Of a stretch of DNA of 64,000 nucleotides, positions 55,547-64,000 are shown piece after piece (the stretch's first letter is position 1; the number at the start of each line of letters is the position of its first letter). The DNA lies in the NCBI GenBank assembly GCA_019308995.1, contig JAFDHD010000009.1:4524-68523 (forward strand), given 5' to 3'. This DNA is from Deltaproteobacteria bacterium. Its GTDB lineage: Bacteria; Desulfobacterota; Desulfarculia; Adiutricales; JAFDHD01. The notes below the pieces were generated by a model. That model saw only the letters and a list, made by a program, of their open reading frames with translations. It made no database searches and was not told the DNA's origin. The position numbers and the translations under genes are program-made.

Positions 55547-55940
55547 CAACGGACACGAAAATAAAAAAGCCCGCATCGAAATGCTTCCGCTCATTGACAT
55601 CGTTTTTCTGCTCCTGGTCTTCTTCATCTTTGCCATGCTTTCCATGACCGTCCACCGTGGACTTCGGGTGGAGCTGCCAGAGGCTTCGACAGCGCAAATG
55701 GACGAACGGAGGCATGTGGACATCACCATCACCAAGGACAACGAGGTGCTGGTGGGGGAGGTTCGCGTCTCCCTGGACGGCCTGATCAATGAGGTCCTCC
55801 GGCATGGAGGCCGGAACGCCCCCATTTTCATCAACGGAGATCGCCGGGCCGATCTGGGCCTGGCTATCCAGATTCTGGACCGCCTCAGAAGAGCTGGCAG
55901 ACACGACGTGACTTTCCAGACCAGGGAAGAGACAAAATGA
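55536..55940 (+). CDS. exbD: ExbD/TolR biopolymer transport protein
   Basis: IEMLPLIDIVFLLLVFF single TM. The start at 55536 overlaps the exbB end. Confidence 0.8.
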   Translation: MRLSNGHENKKARIEMLPLIDIVFLLLVFFIFAMLSMTVHRGLRVELPEASTAQMDERRHVDITITKDNEVLVGEVRVSLDGLINEVLRHGGRNAPIFINGDRRADLGLAIQILDRLRRAGRHDVTFQTREETK

Positions 55941-56746
55941 AACGGTCGGACTTTATCCTCCCCTTGTTTCTTTCGGCTGCTGTTCACCTGGTGGTTTTTG
56001 TGTCAGGCCCCACGTCCAATTCCGCCCGCGTTCCGCCCGAAAAAGAGGTGTCATCTATCTCCCTGAAAATCGTCTCACCTGTGGCAAAACCGACTCCAAA
56101 AACAGCTCTCTCCTTTGATGCGCTTCCTAACCTGGGGCCACAGCTTCCGCCTCTAAAAGTTCGCCAGCCGGCCCGGGAAGAGACAAACCGCAAACCAAAG
56201 GCACCCCAAAAGAAGGTCGTAAAGCAGGCTCCGCTGAAATTAGCTCAGGAGAGGCCCCTGGTCAAAAGTCCGATCACAAACCGGCATAACCCTGGAGCCG
56301 ATAATTCAGCCTCTGAAAAAATACCTGTGGAAACATCGCCTGAGATCGAGGTTCAATCATCCGCGCCAGCGGCCAGAATGCCGCCCCTCGAAAAAGCTCC
56401 CCTGACTGTCTTGCGTCTTGGGACGCCGGGGAATTTTAAAAACGAATCCAAAGAAAGCGAGGCGCGTATTCTGGCGAAAATCGTGGGCCTGGTTAAACCA
56501 AAATATCCCCGTTACTGCCGGAGGCACGATCAGGAAGGAACCGTGGTGCTGGCCGTGAAGCTCGACTCCCTCGGGTGCCAGAGAAGTATCGTGGTCGTGA
56601 GTTCCAGCGGGTACTCGCGCCTCGATAAAGCGGCCATCCAGGCGCTCGAAAAGGCCAGTTTTACCCCGGCCAGGATCGGCGGCCAGGCAGTACCGACCAC
56701 GAAACGCATTGCCTTTAGGTTCAGGCTCAAGGATGCCGAAAAATAA
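55937..56746 (+). CDS. tonB: TonB-family energy transducer
   Basis: N-terminal TM, a Pro/Lys-rich spacer, and a C-terminal TonB domain (PKYPRYCRRHDQEGTVVLAV...). ATGA overlap with exbD. Confidence 0.8.
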   Translation: MKRSDFILPLFLSAAVHLVVFVSGPTSNSARVPPEKEVSSISLKIVSPVAKPTPKTALSFDALPNLGPQLPPLKVRQPAREETNRKPKAPQKKVVKQAPLKLAQERPLVKSPITNRHNPGADNSASEKIPVETSPEIEVQSSAPAARMPPLEKAPLTVLRLGTPGNFKNESKESEARILAKIVGLVKPKYPRYCRRHDQEGTVVLAVKLDSLGCQRSIVVVSSSGYSRLDKAAIQALEKASFTPARIGGQAVPTTKRIAFRFRLKDAEK

Positions 56747-56810
56747 GCCTTATACAGAAATATCTGCTCAAGGCATAATCTCAAGGAATAAATGAGAAAG
56801 AAGCAGCTTA

Positions 56811-57731
56811 ATGCGAAGGTCCAGTATCCTGACAGTGATCATCGTTCTGGTCTTAATCGGGAGTTATTTGGGGCAAAAGTATTTTCCCGAGTTCCGCGTC
56901 ATTACCACCGCTCCTGACACTGACCGTGAATATAACCGCATTGTCTCGCTGGCGCCCAGTATCACGGAGATGCTTTTCGTGCTGAGTCTGGGGGACAGGG
57001 TCGTTGGTGTTACACGTTTTTGCAAGTATCCGCCTGAGGCTTTAAGTATTGCAAAGATGGGAGGGTTTTACGACCCTAACTATGAGGCCGTTATCGCCTC
57101 CAAACCGGACCTGGTCATCCTTTCGGTTGAGCATCAAAACCCCAGGAGACACCTGACCAGCCTCGGACTGAACGTACTGGTGGTCAATTACAGCACCCTT
57201 TCCGGGATACTGGATTCCTTGAGTCTCATTGGCCGGGCCTGCGGGGTTCAGGAGAAGGCAAAGGCGGAGATTGCGACCCTTAAAAAGAGGATGGACCTTA
57301 TTAGTAATAAGACCGAAGGCTTGCCTCGTCTGAGCGTTCTGGTTTCCATATCCCGAAGCATGGGGTCGGATACCTTGACAGAGATCTACATCGCCGGCCG
57401 GGATGAATTTTACGATGAAATGATTACTCTTGCCGGTGGCAGGAATGCTTATGGCGGCAAGATAAAGTATCCCACGGTTTCAGGCGAAGGCATTATCAGC
57501 CTTAACCCGGAGGTGATTATTGACCTGGCGCCCGAGACCGGTGAGCAGGATTTGAAAGAGGCAGTGATTCTGAAGGAGTGGCAGCGTTTTTCAAACGTGG
57601 ATGCAGTGAAAAACGGCCGCGTTCATGTGTTCCGGCAGGGTTTTATGGTTATACCCGGCCCCAGGTTTATCCTCACCCTTGAGGCGCTGGCCAGGGCCTT
57701 ACATCCTGAAGTGAAATGGGACGAGGGATGA
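56811..57731 (+). CDS. btuF: periplasmic binding protein of a cobalamin/iron-chelate ABC importer (BtuF-like)
   Basis: RIVSLAPSITEMLF..LGDRVVGVT is a PBP type 2 / BtuF-like signature. Confidence 0.75.
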   Translation: MRRSSILTVIIVLVLIGSYLGQKYFPEFRVITTAPDTDREYNRIVSLAPSITEMLFVLSLGDRVVGVTRFCKYPPEALSIAKMGGFYDPNYEAVIASKPDLVILSVEHQNPRRHLTSLGLNVLVVNYSTLSGILDSLSLIGRACGVQEKAKAEIATLKKRMDLISNKTEGLPRLSVLVSISRSMGSDTLTEIYIAGRDEFYDEMITLAGGRNAYGGKIKYPTVSGEGIISLNPEVIIDLAPETGEQDLKEAVILKEWQRFSNVDAVKNGRVHVFRQGFMVIPGPRFILTLEALARALHPEVKWDEG

Positions 57732-58516
57732 AAAAGACCGCCATTGAGATGAGGGATTACTCTTTCCGCATCGGAAGGCAGGAGATCCTGAAAGGCGTCT
57801 CTCTTACCGTTTATAAAGGGGAATACCTTTCTGTGGTCGGACCTAACGGTGCAGGCAAAACCACTCTCCTCAAGTGCTTAAACAGAATATACACCGGCGG
57901 AAAAGGAAGCGTCGCTGTCAATGATCGCCCTCTGCGTCACTACTCCCAAAGAGAACTGGCGAAAATAATGAGTTATGTGCCTCAGGCCGATGGAGGCCTC
58001 CTCCCCTTTACCGTTCGTGAGTTTGTCATGATGGGCCGGTATCCTTACCTGAGTCCTTTTTCGACTGTCAAGCCGGAAGATGAAAGAGCTGTCAGGCGCG
58101 CTCTTGAATTGACCGGGATCGAAGCGTATGCCGAACGCGTCCTCAACTCCTTAAGCGGCGGGGAACGCCAAAAGGTCTTCATCGCCGCGGCCTTGGCTCA
58201 GGAGGCCGGGATTCTCCTCCTTGATGAGCCGGTTACTTTTCTGGATCCCCGGCATCAGATTGATGTCCACCAGATCTTAAAAAGAGTCAATCAGGAATCC
58301 GACTTTACAATCATTACGGTGACCCATGACATCAACAACGCCCTTTTTTGGAGCGAGCGGATTGTGGTCTTGAAAGATGGTAAAGTCGCGTTTGACGGTC
58401 CAGCCGAAAAGATTATCGAACACAATCTCCTTGAAGATGTTTATGGTATCGCTTTCCATCTGGTGAAAAATCCTGGCTCGGACAAGCCGATCGTCATGCC
58501 GGAGGTGTCGGAGTGA
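57728..58516 (+). CDS. btuD: ABC importer ATP-binding protein (BtuD/FecE-like)
   Basis: GPNGAGKTT, LSGGERQKV, LLLDEP. The ATG at 57728 forms an ATGA overlap with the btuF stop. The alternative start is 57716. Confidence 0.85.
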   Translation: MKKTAIEMRDYSFRIGRQEILKGVSLTVYKGEYLSVVGPNGAGKTTLLKCLNRIYTGGKGSVAVNDRPLRHYSQRELAKIMSYVPQADGGLLPFTVREFVMMGRYPYLSPFSTVKPEDERAVRRALELTGIEAYAERVLNSLSGGERQKVFIAAALAQEAGILLLDEPVTFLDPRHQIDVHQILKRVNQESDFTIITVTHDINNALFWSERIVVLKDGKVAFDGPAEKIIEHNLLEDVYGIAFHLVKNPGSDKPIVMPEVSE

Positions 58517-59523
58517 AGAAGCGCCAAAGGCGCAAGAAGCTGTTTCTGCTTGTCTTTTTATTATTTGCCATTGTAGTTCTGGCTGTTGCGCCGTTTATCG
58601 GTATGACGCATGTTTCCCTTGGAGTCATTTTCAATCCAGGCTCTTCCAGCTTGGAGTCGGGAATCTTCTGGGGGATCAGGGTCCCGCGCATCTTGGTTTC
58701 TTTTCTGGCCGGCGCCGCCCTGGCTGTGAGCGGCATGGCCTTCCAGGCCATGTTTCGCAATCCTCTGGCCACCCCCTTTACTCTGGGTGTATCCAGCGGG
58801 GCCTCTTTGGGCGCGGCCATTTATGTTCACTCCGGGGTCGCCTTTGCTATTCTGGGTATCTCCGGGGTTTCCTGTTCCGCCTTTTTGGGTTCGATCCTGG
58901 CTATCCTTCTAGTCTACGGACTCACACAATTCAGGAAGGGTTTTTCAACCGCCACCATGCTCCTGGCCGGTGTGGCCGTCAATTTTTTCTGCTCCAGCGT
59001 CATGCTTTTTATTCAGTACATGAGCGACCTTATCCACTCATTCCGGATTCTCAGGTGGCTCATGGGCGGGCTGGAAGTCGCGGCGTTTGATTCCGTCTTT
59101 AACATGCTTCCCTTTGTCGTGATCGGTAGCGTTATCGTTCTTTTCCTGACTCAGGAATTGAACTTGATGACTGTAGGAGAGGATATCGCTGTCAGTCGCG
59201 GCGTTGATGTCAAGAAAATAAAGCCGATTCTGTTTATCGCCACCTCCCTCATGATCGGCGGTGTGGTGGCGGTGTGCGGTCCCATTGCCTTTATAGGAAT
59301 GATGGTCCCGCACATCTGTCGCTTGATCATGGGGCCGGAGCATGTCTATTTGATGCCAGCCACCTTTCTGTTTGGCGGGGCCTTTCTAACCATATGCGAT
59401 ACCGTTTCGCGCACTCTGATCGCCCCGGCTGAAATCCCGGTTGGGGTTATTACCTCCCTTCTCGGCGCGCCGTTTTTTATGTGGCTGCTCCTGGGCCGGG
59501 CCTCCAGGGCGAGCATCTGGTAA
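58513..59523 (+). CDS. btuC: FecCD-family ABC importer permease (BtuC-like)
   Basis: GTGA overlap with btuD, about 9 TM helices, and conserved GAALAVSGMAFQAMFRNPLATPFTLGVSSGA. Confidence 0.85.
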   Translation: MKKRQRRKKLFLLVFLLFAIVVLAVAPFIGMTHVSLGVIFNPGSSSLESGIFWGIRVPRILVSFLAGAALAVSGMAFQAMFRNPLATPFTLGVSSGASLGAAIYVHSGVAFAILGISGVSCSAFLGSILAILLVYGLTQFRKGFSTATMLLAGVAVNFFCSSVMLFIQYMSDLIHSFRILRWLMGGLEVAAFDSVFNMLPFVVIGSVIVLFLTQELNLMTVGEDIAVSRGVDVKKIKPILFIATSLMIGGVVAVCGPIAFIGMMVPHICRLIMGPEHVYLMPATFLFGGAFLTICDTVSRTLIAPAEIPVGVITSLLGAPFFMWLLLGRASRASIW

Positions 59524-59889
59524 AGTAGTCAAGGCGGTCAGGAAGGGCTCCGCTTCAGCAAGGTCGTCAGCTATGGAAACGCCAGCGATCTGCAATGTCA
59601 TGACTTTCTGAACTACCTTGCTCAGGATGAAAAGACTGAGATCATTGGCTCGTACATAGAGGGCCTGAAAGACGGAAGGGAGTTTTTTGATTTCGCCAGA
59701 GATATAACCCGGAGAAAGCCTTTTGTGGTCTGGAAAGGCGGCCAGACAGAGGGCGGGGCCCTGCGCGAGGAAGCGCAGGAAAAATTTCGCGATGCTGATG
59801 TAGCCACCTTTCCAACCTTCTCCCTGGCTGCCCGCGTGCTTTTTAACCTGAACCAGTATTATGATTATCTGAGCACCCACGGCTACTGA
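59524..59889 (+). pseudogene. remnant of an ADP-forming acyl-CoA synthetase / CoA-binding gene (5'-truncated and internally deleted)
   Basis: It reads through directly after the btuC TAA with no start codon: ...GLRFSKVVSYGNASDLQCHDFLNYLAQDEKTEIIGSYIEGLKDGREFFDFARDITRRKPFVVWKGGQTEGGA, then jumps to ...ATFPTFSLAARVLFNLNQYYDYL. It aligns with two separated parts of the intact paralogue at 61962..63440, with about 230 aa missing between them. Confidence 0.7.
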
Positions 59890-60253
59890 AATCCTTGCCG
59901 CTCCGCTCCTAAGGGTTCGCCCTGATTGTTCAGATGAACCCGCCGGGCGAACGTCAAACATCCAGATAGAATAGCCCATGATTTAAAGTATTTAGGTATA
60001 TTGGCCGATAAGAGTTTAGAAGACAAGAAAGGTTATCATGTAAAGATATGTCTCTCTTTTCCGATACCGCAGTGATGAACGACTCCGTCATGCCTCTGGT
60101 TGGCGAGATCACGCCCAATCCCCGGCCCAAAGACCGCAACCGGCCAGGGGATTGGACTCGCCAGAAAAAAGAGGAAAAGGAAAAGAGTCAGGCTGAGAAA
60201 GAGACCGGCGATCTTCCCCGGAAACAATCGGGCGAGGATATTGATCGTTACGT

Positions 60254-60766
60254 TTAATGCTTCAGGACAATCCTACGAGCGGTATAGTACTTAGCCTTGT
60301 AATAACCCCGATCCAGCCTTTGCACCTCGACCGTTCTGCCCGTCTTGGGCGCATGAACGAACCGCCCCTGCCCTAAAAAGATACCGCTATGCAGCGAGCC
60401 CTTCCAGTCGGTTTTGAAGAAGACCAGGTCTCCAGGGCTCAGGTCCCTGCGTGAAACCCAGCGCCCAGCCTTGATCATGTCCTTTGTTTTGCGAGGCAGC
60501 CTGTAGCCGAACTGCCCGTAAACATAATAAATCAGGCCGCTGCAGTCAAAGCCGTTAGGGGACTGACCGCCGTAGCGATAAGGTGTTCCCACATACTGCA
60601 GTGCCCTTTGGGCGATTTTTTGGCCTAAACGAGTATCCGGTCTGGCCGGTGTTGCGCGCGGCAAAGAGACGCAGGCGGTGATCAGACAGGCGGTCAGGCC
60701 AAAACTTAAAGCCAAAATCACGTATCTGGAAATGCCTTTTTGTGTGAAACCAGAGGTCAAAGGCAT
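60254..60766 (-). CDS. NlpC/P60 (C40) peptidoglycan endopeptidase lipoprotein
   Basis: Lipobox-like LTAC, and GTPYRYGGQSPNGFDCSGLIYYVY with the catalytic Cys motif. Confidence 0.85.
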   Translation of the reverse strand: MPLTSGFTQKGISRYVILALSFGLTACLITACVSLPRATPARPDTRLGQKIAQRALQYVGTPYRYGGQSPNGFDCSGLIYYVYGQFGYRLPRKTKDMIKAGRWVSRRDLSPGDLVFFKTDWKGSLHSGIFLGQGRFVHAPKTGRTVEVQRLDRGYYKAKYYTARRIVLKH

Positions 60767-60951
60767 GAATACCTTTCAGCAAAGGTTGACCGGACGATTC
60801 AAGTTCTATTTTATACCATAAATCAAAGGAGTTAGCAAGGGTGCTTCGGATTTGCCTAGGAAAGGGAACATAATTTCGGCTGCCTGAATGTGGTGGCCTA
60901 CTTTGCGGATGATTCCGCCATTGTCAGGTTAGTGAACCGCGCCAGCAGGAC

Positions 60952-61320
60952 TTAAGGGATATAGGTGGCGCAGGAGGTTTCTGATTCCCAGGCCGAGACC
61001 CTGGCGAGTTTGACCGGTCCGTGGTTGATTTTAGGAGCCAGGCCTTGATAGATGAAACGGGCGATGTTTTCGGAGGAGGGGTTGTTGATCTGGAAAAATT
61101 TGAGGTCATTCAGGTACTTATGGTCCAGCTCAGCCAGGACCTCGGTCGTATGCTTTTTAATCTCGCCAAAATCCATGACCAGTTCCGCTTGATCCAGTTT
61201 GGAGGCAGTAACGTAGATCTCGACCTTCCAGTTATGGCCATGCAGGGACTCACACTTCCCATGAAAGTTCCTCAGGCTATGCGCTGCCGAAAACTGGCTG
61301 ATAACCTTCAGTTCATACAT
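60952..61320 (-). CDS. queD: 6-carboxy-5,6,7,8-tetrahydropterin synthase (PTPS family)
   Basis: FSAAHSL...GKCESLHGHNWKVE (CxxxHGH) and DHKYLND motifs. The ATG at 61320 is preferred. Confidence 0.85.
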   Translation of the reverse strand: MYELKVISQFSAAHSLRNFHGKCESLHGHNWKVEIYVTASKLDQAELVMDFGEIKKHTTEVLAELDHKYLNDLKFFQINNPSSENIARFIYQGLAPKINHGPVKLARVSAWESETSCATYIP

Positions 61321-61540
61321 CTCTTTCCGCGGTTTCAAGTTTTTTGAGGCGGTTGTTCATCTTGGCAAGAATTCTTTTAAGGTCGCTTTCGAGACCGGCT
61401 AGGTCCTGGTGATGGCGCTTCAGGACTTTTTCCAGATCCGCCTGCCAATATTCGACACACTCACGCTCTTTTTCGGCCAGTTCTTGCCTGACCTTGGCCT
61501 GCATCTGTCTGATGAATTTCTGATCCACGCTTGAAGACAC
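61313..61540 (-). CDS. small coiled-coil hypothetical protein (75 aa)
   Basis: GTG start and a heptad-rich charged sequence. Its stop overlaps the queD start. Confidence 0.4.
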   Translation of the reverse strand: MSSSVDQKFIRQMQAKVRQELAEKERECVEYWQADLEKVLKRHHQDLAGLESDLKRILAKMNNRLKKLETAERDV

Positions 61541-61579
61541 GATTGGGCCTTTTAGGTGACTTTGCTTCTTTGAACCGGT

Positions 61580-61837
61580 TTATTCTTTAAAATTGTGTGG
61601 TCGGCCGCACTCGGTACAGACGCCATGTTCGTTGATAATGCCGATGCAGTTTTCATCACTGCACAGGATGCGGCTGTCAAGGTCATAGGGATCATCACCT
61701 GCTTTCACTGCGGACGGTTCCTTTAGAGCTTTCCCGCAGTAACAGCAAAAGCGAGCGTCAGGCAGGTTTTCGCCATGACAGGACGAACAGGTCCTGCTTT
61801 CCATCTCATTTCCACAGGCCGTGCATTTAAGCATCAT
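61580..61837 (-). CDS. double zinc-ribbon protein (85 aa)
   Basis: CxxC pairs: CTAC...CSSC, CCYC, and C..C...CTEC. Confidence 0.55.
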   Translation of the reverse strand: MMLKCTACGNEMESRTCSSCHGENLPDARFCCYCGKALKEPSAVKAGDDPYDLDSRILCSDENCIGIINEHGVCTECGRPHNFKE

Positions 61838-61961
61838 TTTTCTCCTTGATACGCCCTGGGCAGAACTATTATCGCTAAATTTATGCGCCTGTCAACAAGT
61901 CGCGGGGAAAAAACCTAGACCAGGGGAGAGCTTTCTGCAAAAAGTTACCTTAAAAATGCGA

Positions 61962-63440
61962 TCAATGGCCGCGGGCTCTACTCTTTAGATACTGGTTATA
62001 ACGAGCCATGCGAGCCAGAACCCGCGCCGGCCGACGTGACGAAGGATAGATGACCACATTTTCCCGGCGCAAGGCCAGGACGGCCTCGTTCTGGTCGCGA
62101 TCCGCCCCCACGATGAACTCTGAAGAAAGCAGGACCGGCTTCTGATGCTGCGCAATAATGTCAAGGATGAAATTCATGCCTCTGGTATCGGAATAGAGGG
62201 CCCCCTTCACGTATTCGGAGATGTTCTGTTCCTGCGTATCGGGAACGGTGCCAAAAACACCGGCTTGAGCGTTGGCATAGCCGAACCCGAGGACGATCAG
62301 GCCGTCAATGACCTCGGTTTTAGCCAGGGTTTCAATGGCCTTGAAAAAGGCCCCGCGGCTCATCCCGGCCACCATATCAACCGGGTTCTGCCTGTTCCAC
62401 CAGGGAGGCAGCCTCTTGTCAAGGGCCTCAAGCGCTTCTTCTGGAAGCTCCACCACATCCAGCCCGGCTTCGATGCAGGCGTCAGCGGTCAGCACGCCCC
62501 AGCCGCCGCCGTTGGCTACGATACCGACGCGGTTTCCTTCCGGGAGAGGCTGGGAAATAACGGCCACCGCCGTATCAAACATGTCTTCCACGTCGTTGAC
62601 CCGAATGATCCCGCACTGCTGGCACATCCCCTCAAAGACAGCGTCTGAACCGGCAATGGCGCCGGTGTGAGATTTCGCGGCCCGGACCCCGGTTGCGGTC
62701 TGGCCTCCCTTGATGAGGATAAGCGGCTTGACGCTAGTGAGCCTGCGGGCGACGTCCATAAAGCGCTTCCCGTCTGAGACGCTCTCAAGATAGGCGATGA
62801 CCACCTTGGTCTGTTCGTCGGTAATAAAGTATTCCAGGAAATCTTCAGTCTTCAAAAGGGCCTGGTTTCCCACGCTGACGCATCGGCTGATGCCGATGTC
62901 CTGCTTCCAGCAGATGTGCTGGATGGACCCGGCTATGTTTCCGCTCTGGGAGACCAGGGCGATGTTTCCGGGTGGAGGAAAATTTGGCTGCATCATGCAG
63001 TAAAGCTTCATGGGATAGGGGCTGGAAATTCCGGCGCAATTCGGACCGACCATGGCTATTTGCGTCGCCCGGGCCGCGGCCGCGACTTCCTCTTCCAGAA
63101 TTCGGCCGACCGAACCCAATTCTTGAAAGCCGGCCGTGATAACGACGATGGCCGGGACACCGATTTCCCCGCATTGAGCAATGGCTTCGGCCACCTTTTC
63201 CGGTGGTAAAAGAATAAAGGCCAGGTCCACCGGTCCGGGAATCTCCTTCAAACTCCTGTAAAGCTTGTGCCCCAGCAGGTTTCCTCCGGCCGGATTAATC
63301 GGGTAGACGGCCCCCTTGTACTGGCCTTGAGTCAGGTGCAGTGTGAAGGTAAACCCCCATTTGCCAATGGTCCTGGATGCGCCAATGATGGCCACAGACT
63401 TGGGATTAAAGAGAATATCTATTTTTTCATGAAGGTCCAT
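61962..63440 (-). CDS. CoA-binding / ADP-forming acyl-CoA synthetase family protein (alpha-type, succinyl-CoA-ligase-like flavodoxin domains)
   Basis: FNPKSVAIIGAS...GYKGAVYPINP (CoA-binding), and GVRAAKSHTGAIAGS with the phosphohistidine loop. Confidence 0.75.
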   Translation of the reverse strand: MDLHEKIDILFNPKSVAIIGASRTIGKWGFTFTLHLTQGQYKGAVYPINPAGGNLLGHKLYRSLKEIPGPVDLAFILLPPEKVAEAIAQCGEIGVPAIVVITAGFQELGSVGRILEEEVAAAARATQIAMVGPNCAGISSPYPMKLYCMMQPNFPPPGNIALVSQSGNIAGSIQHICWKQDIGISRCVSVGNQALLKTEDFLEYFITDEQTKVVIAYLESVSDGKRFMDVARRLTSVKPLILIKGGQTATGVRAAKSHTGAIAGSDAVFEGMCQQCGIIRVNDVEDMFDTAVAVISQPLPEGNRVGIVANGGGWGVLTADACIEAGLDVVELPEEALEALDKRLPPWWNRQNPVDMVAGMSRGAFFKAIETLAKTEVIDGLIVLGFGYANAQAGVFGTVPDTQEQNISEYVKGALYSDTRGMNFILDIIAQHQKPVLLSSEFIVGADRDQNEAVLALRRENVVIYPSSRRPARVLARMARYNQYLKSRARGH

Positions 63441-63670
63441 AATTATGCCTCAAGGGAAGATGACGAATCAAACCTTATTAAAAATTACAGGGTCTTTCAA
63501 GTTAATTTTGATGTTGTTGTTGAATCCGGGAGACACTTCTCTGACAGCTTCCGGTTATACCGGCTAGACCCCTTTCCAATCCTTGACACTTATTATGGAA
63601 AAGGATATGACAAATAATCAAATAACGGCGCGACTTTGTTTCATCCACTCTTGATTGAAAGGAGAATCCA

Positions 63671-64000
63671 ATGATCATTGATGTTCATTATCATTTTATG
63701 CCCAGGGTCAATGAACAGGGCGTGGCGCACACCGTCAAACACGCCCTGCGGGCGGCCGAAATGATGGGGATAAAGGTAGACCCAGACGAACTCAGTAAAA
63801 AGGCGGTAGAAACCTGGGGCGACCCGGACGGTGAACGCCTCCTGGCCCTCATGGACGAGGCCGGTATTGACCTGACGCTGATCTGCATGGTGGATAATAT
63901 GAACAACCCGCTGCTGACGCCGGAAATGATGCAGCGAGGCAACAAAAGAATCGGGGAGGTCGCTCAGAGATACCCCGAGCGGGTCATGGCCCTGGCCGGG
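63671..64000 (+). CDS. amidohydrolase-2 (ACMSD-like) family protein, N-terminal part (3' end lies outside the window)
   Basis: MIIDVHYHFMP (HxH metal motif) with an AAAGGAGAA SD. The frame is open to the window end. Confidence 0.7.
   Translation, partial: MIIDVHYHFMPRVNEQGVAHTVKHALRAAEMMGIKVDPDELSKKAVETWGDPDGERLLALMDEAGIDLTLICMVDNMNNPLLTPEMMQRGNKRIGEVAQRYPERVMALAG

Noticed and set aside
60036-60257. Two mutually antisense small ORFs: 60048..60257 on the plus strand (69 aa, Lys/Glu-rich) and 60036..60227 on the minus strand (63 aa, hydrophobic).
   Set aside because: Neither has a convincing SD or family resemblance. They exclude each other, and I cannot decide from sequence alone, so both are left uncalled.

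Overview
This 64 kb window looks like a chromosomal segment from an anaerobic Desulfobacterota-like (deltaproteobacterial) genome. The taxonomy is inferred from gene content: a tungsten-type aldehyde:ferredoxin oxidoreductase, a 4-hydroxybutyryl-CoA dehydratase homologue, a reductive-dehalogenase-like Fe-S protein, and roughly 55-63% GC in core genes by hand counts of single lines. Most of the window is conserved housekeeping. This includes nadD-rsfS, serS, dprA-topA, dinB, the classical thrS-infC-rpmI-rplT-pheS-pheT-ihfA block, tRNA-Val(GAC), mutL-miaA, truA, argC and rplM-rpsI. Several accessory or unusual parts stand out. (1) At 18.1-20.5 kb there is a low-GC three-gene cassette: an unknown 265-aa protein, a 273-aa protein with a DUF5678-like tail, and a retropepsin-like DTG aspartic protease. 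It has no recognisable housekeeping role and is my best candidate for an undescribed conflict or defence module. (2) At 3.7-5.2 kb there is a decayed island with an IS1380-like transposase remnant abutting a start-less ORF fragment. (3) At 43.3-46.1 kb a perfect consensus sigma70 promoter drives arsR, an unannotated 47-aa Cys/His-rich micro-ORF, a TrmO/TsaA-like gene and an ABC-2 exporter. (4) At 52.4-59.5 kb there is a self-contained cobalamin uptake operon (btuB-exbB-exbD-tonB-btuF-btuD-btuC) behind two tandem cobalamin riboswitches. Its 3' end runs directly into the remnant of an ADP-forming acyl-CoA synthetase gene. (5) Small MITE-like palindromic elements share a terminal motif at three intergenic sites. 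I saw no rRNA, CRISPR array or intact transposase or integrase. All functional calls come from motif and family recognition by eye, and no database search was run.
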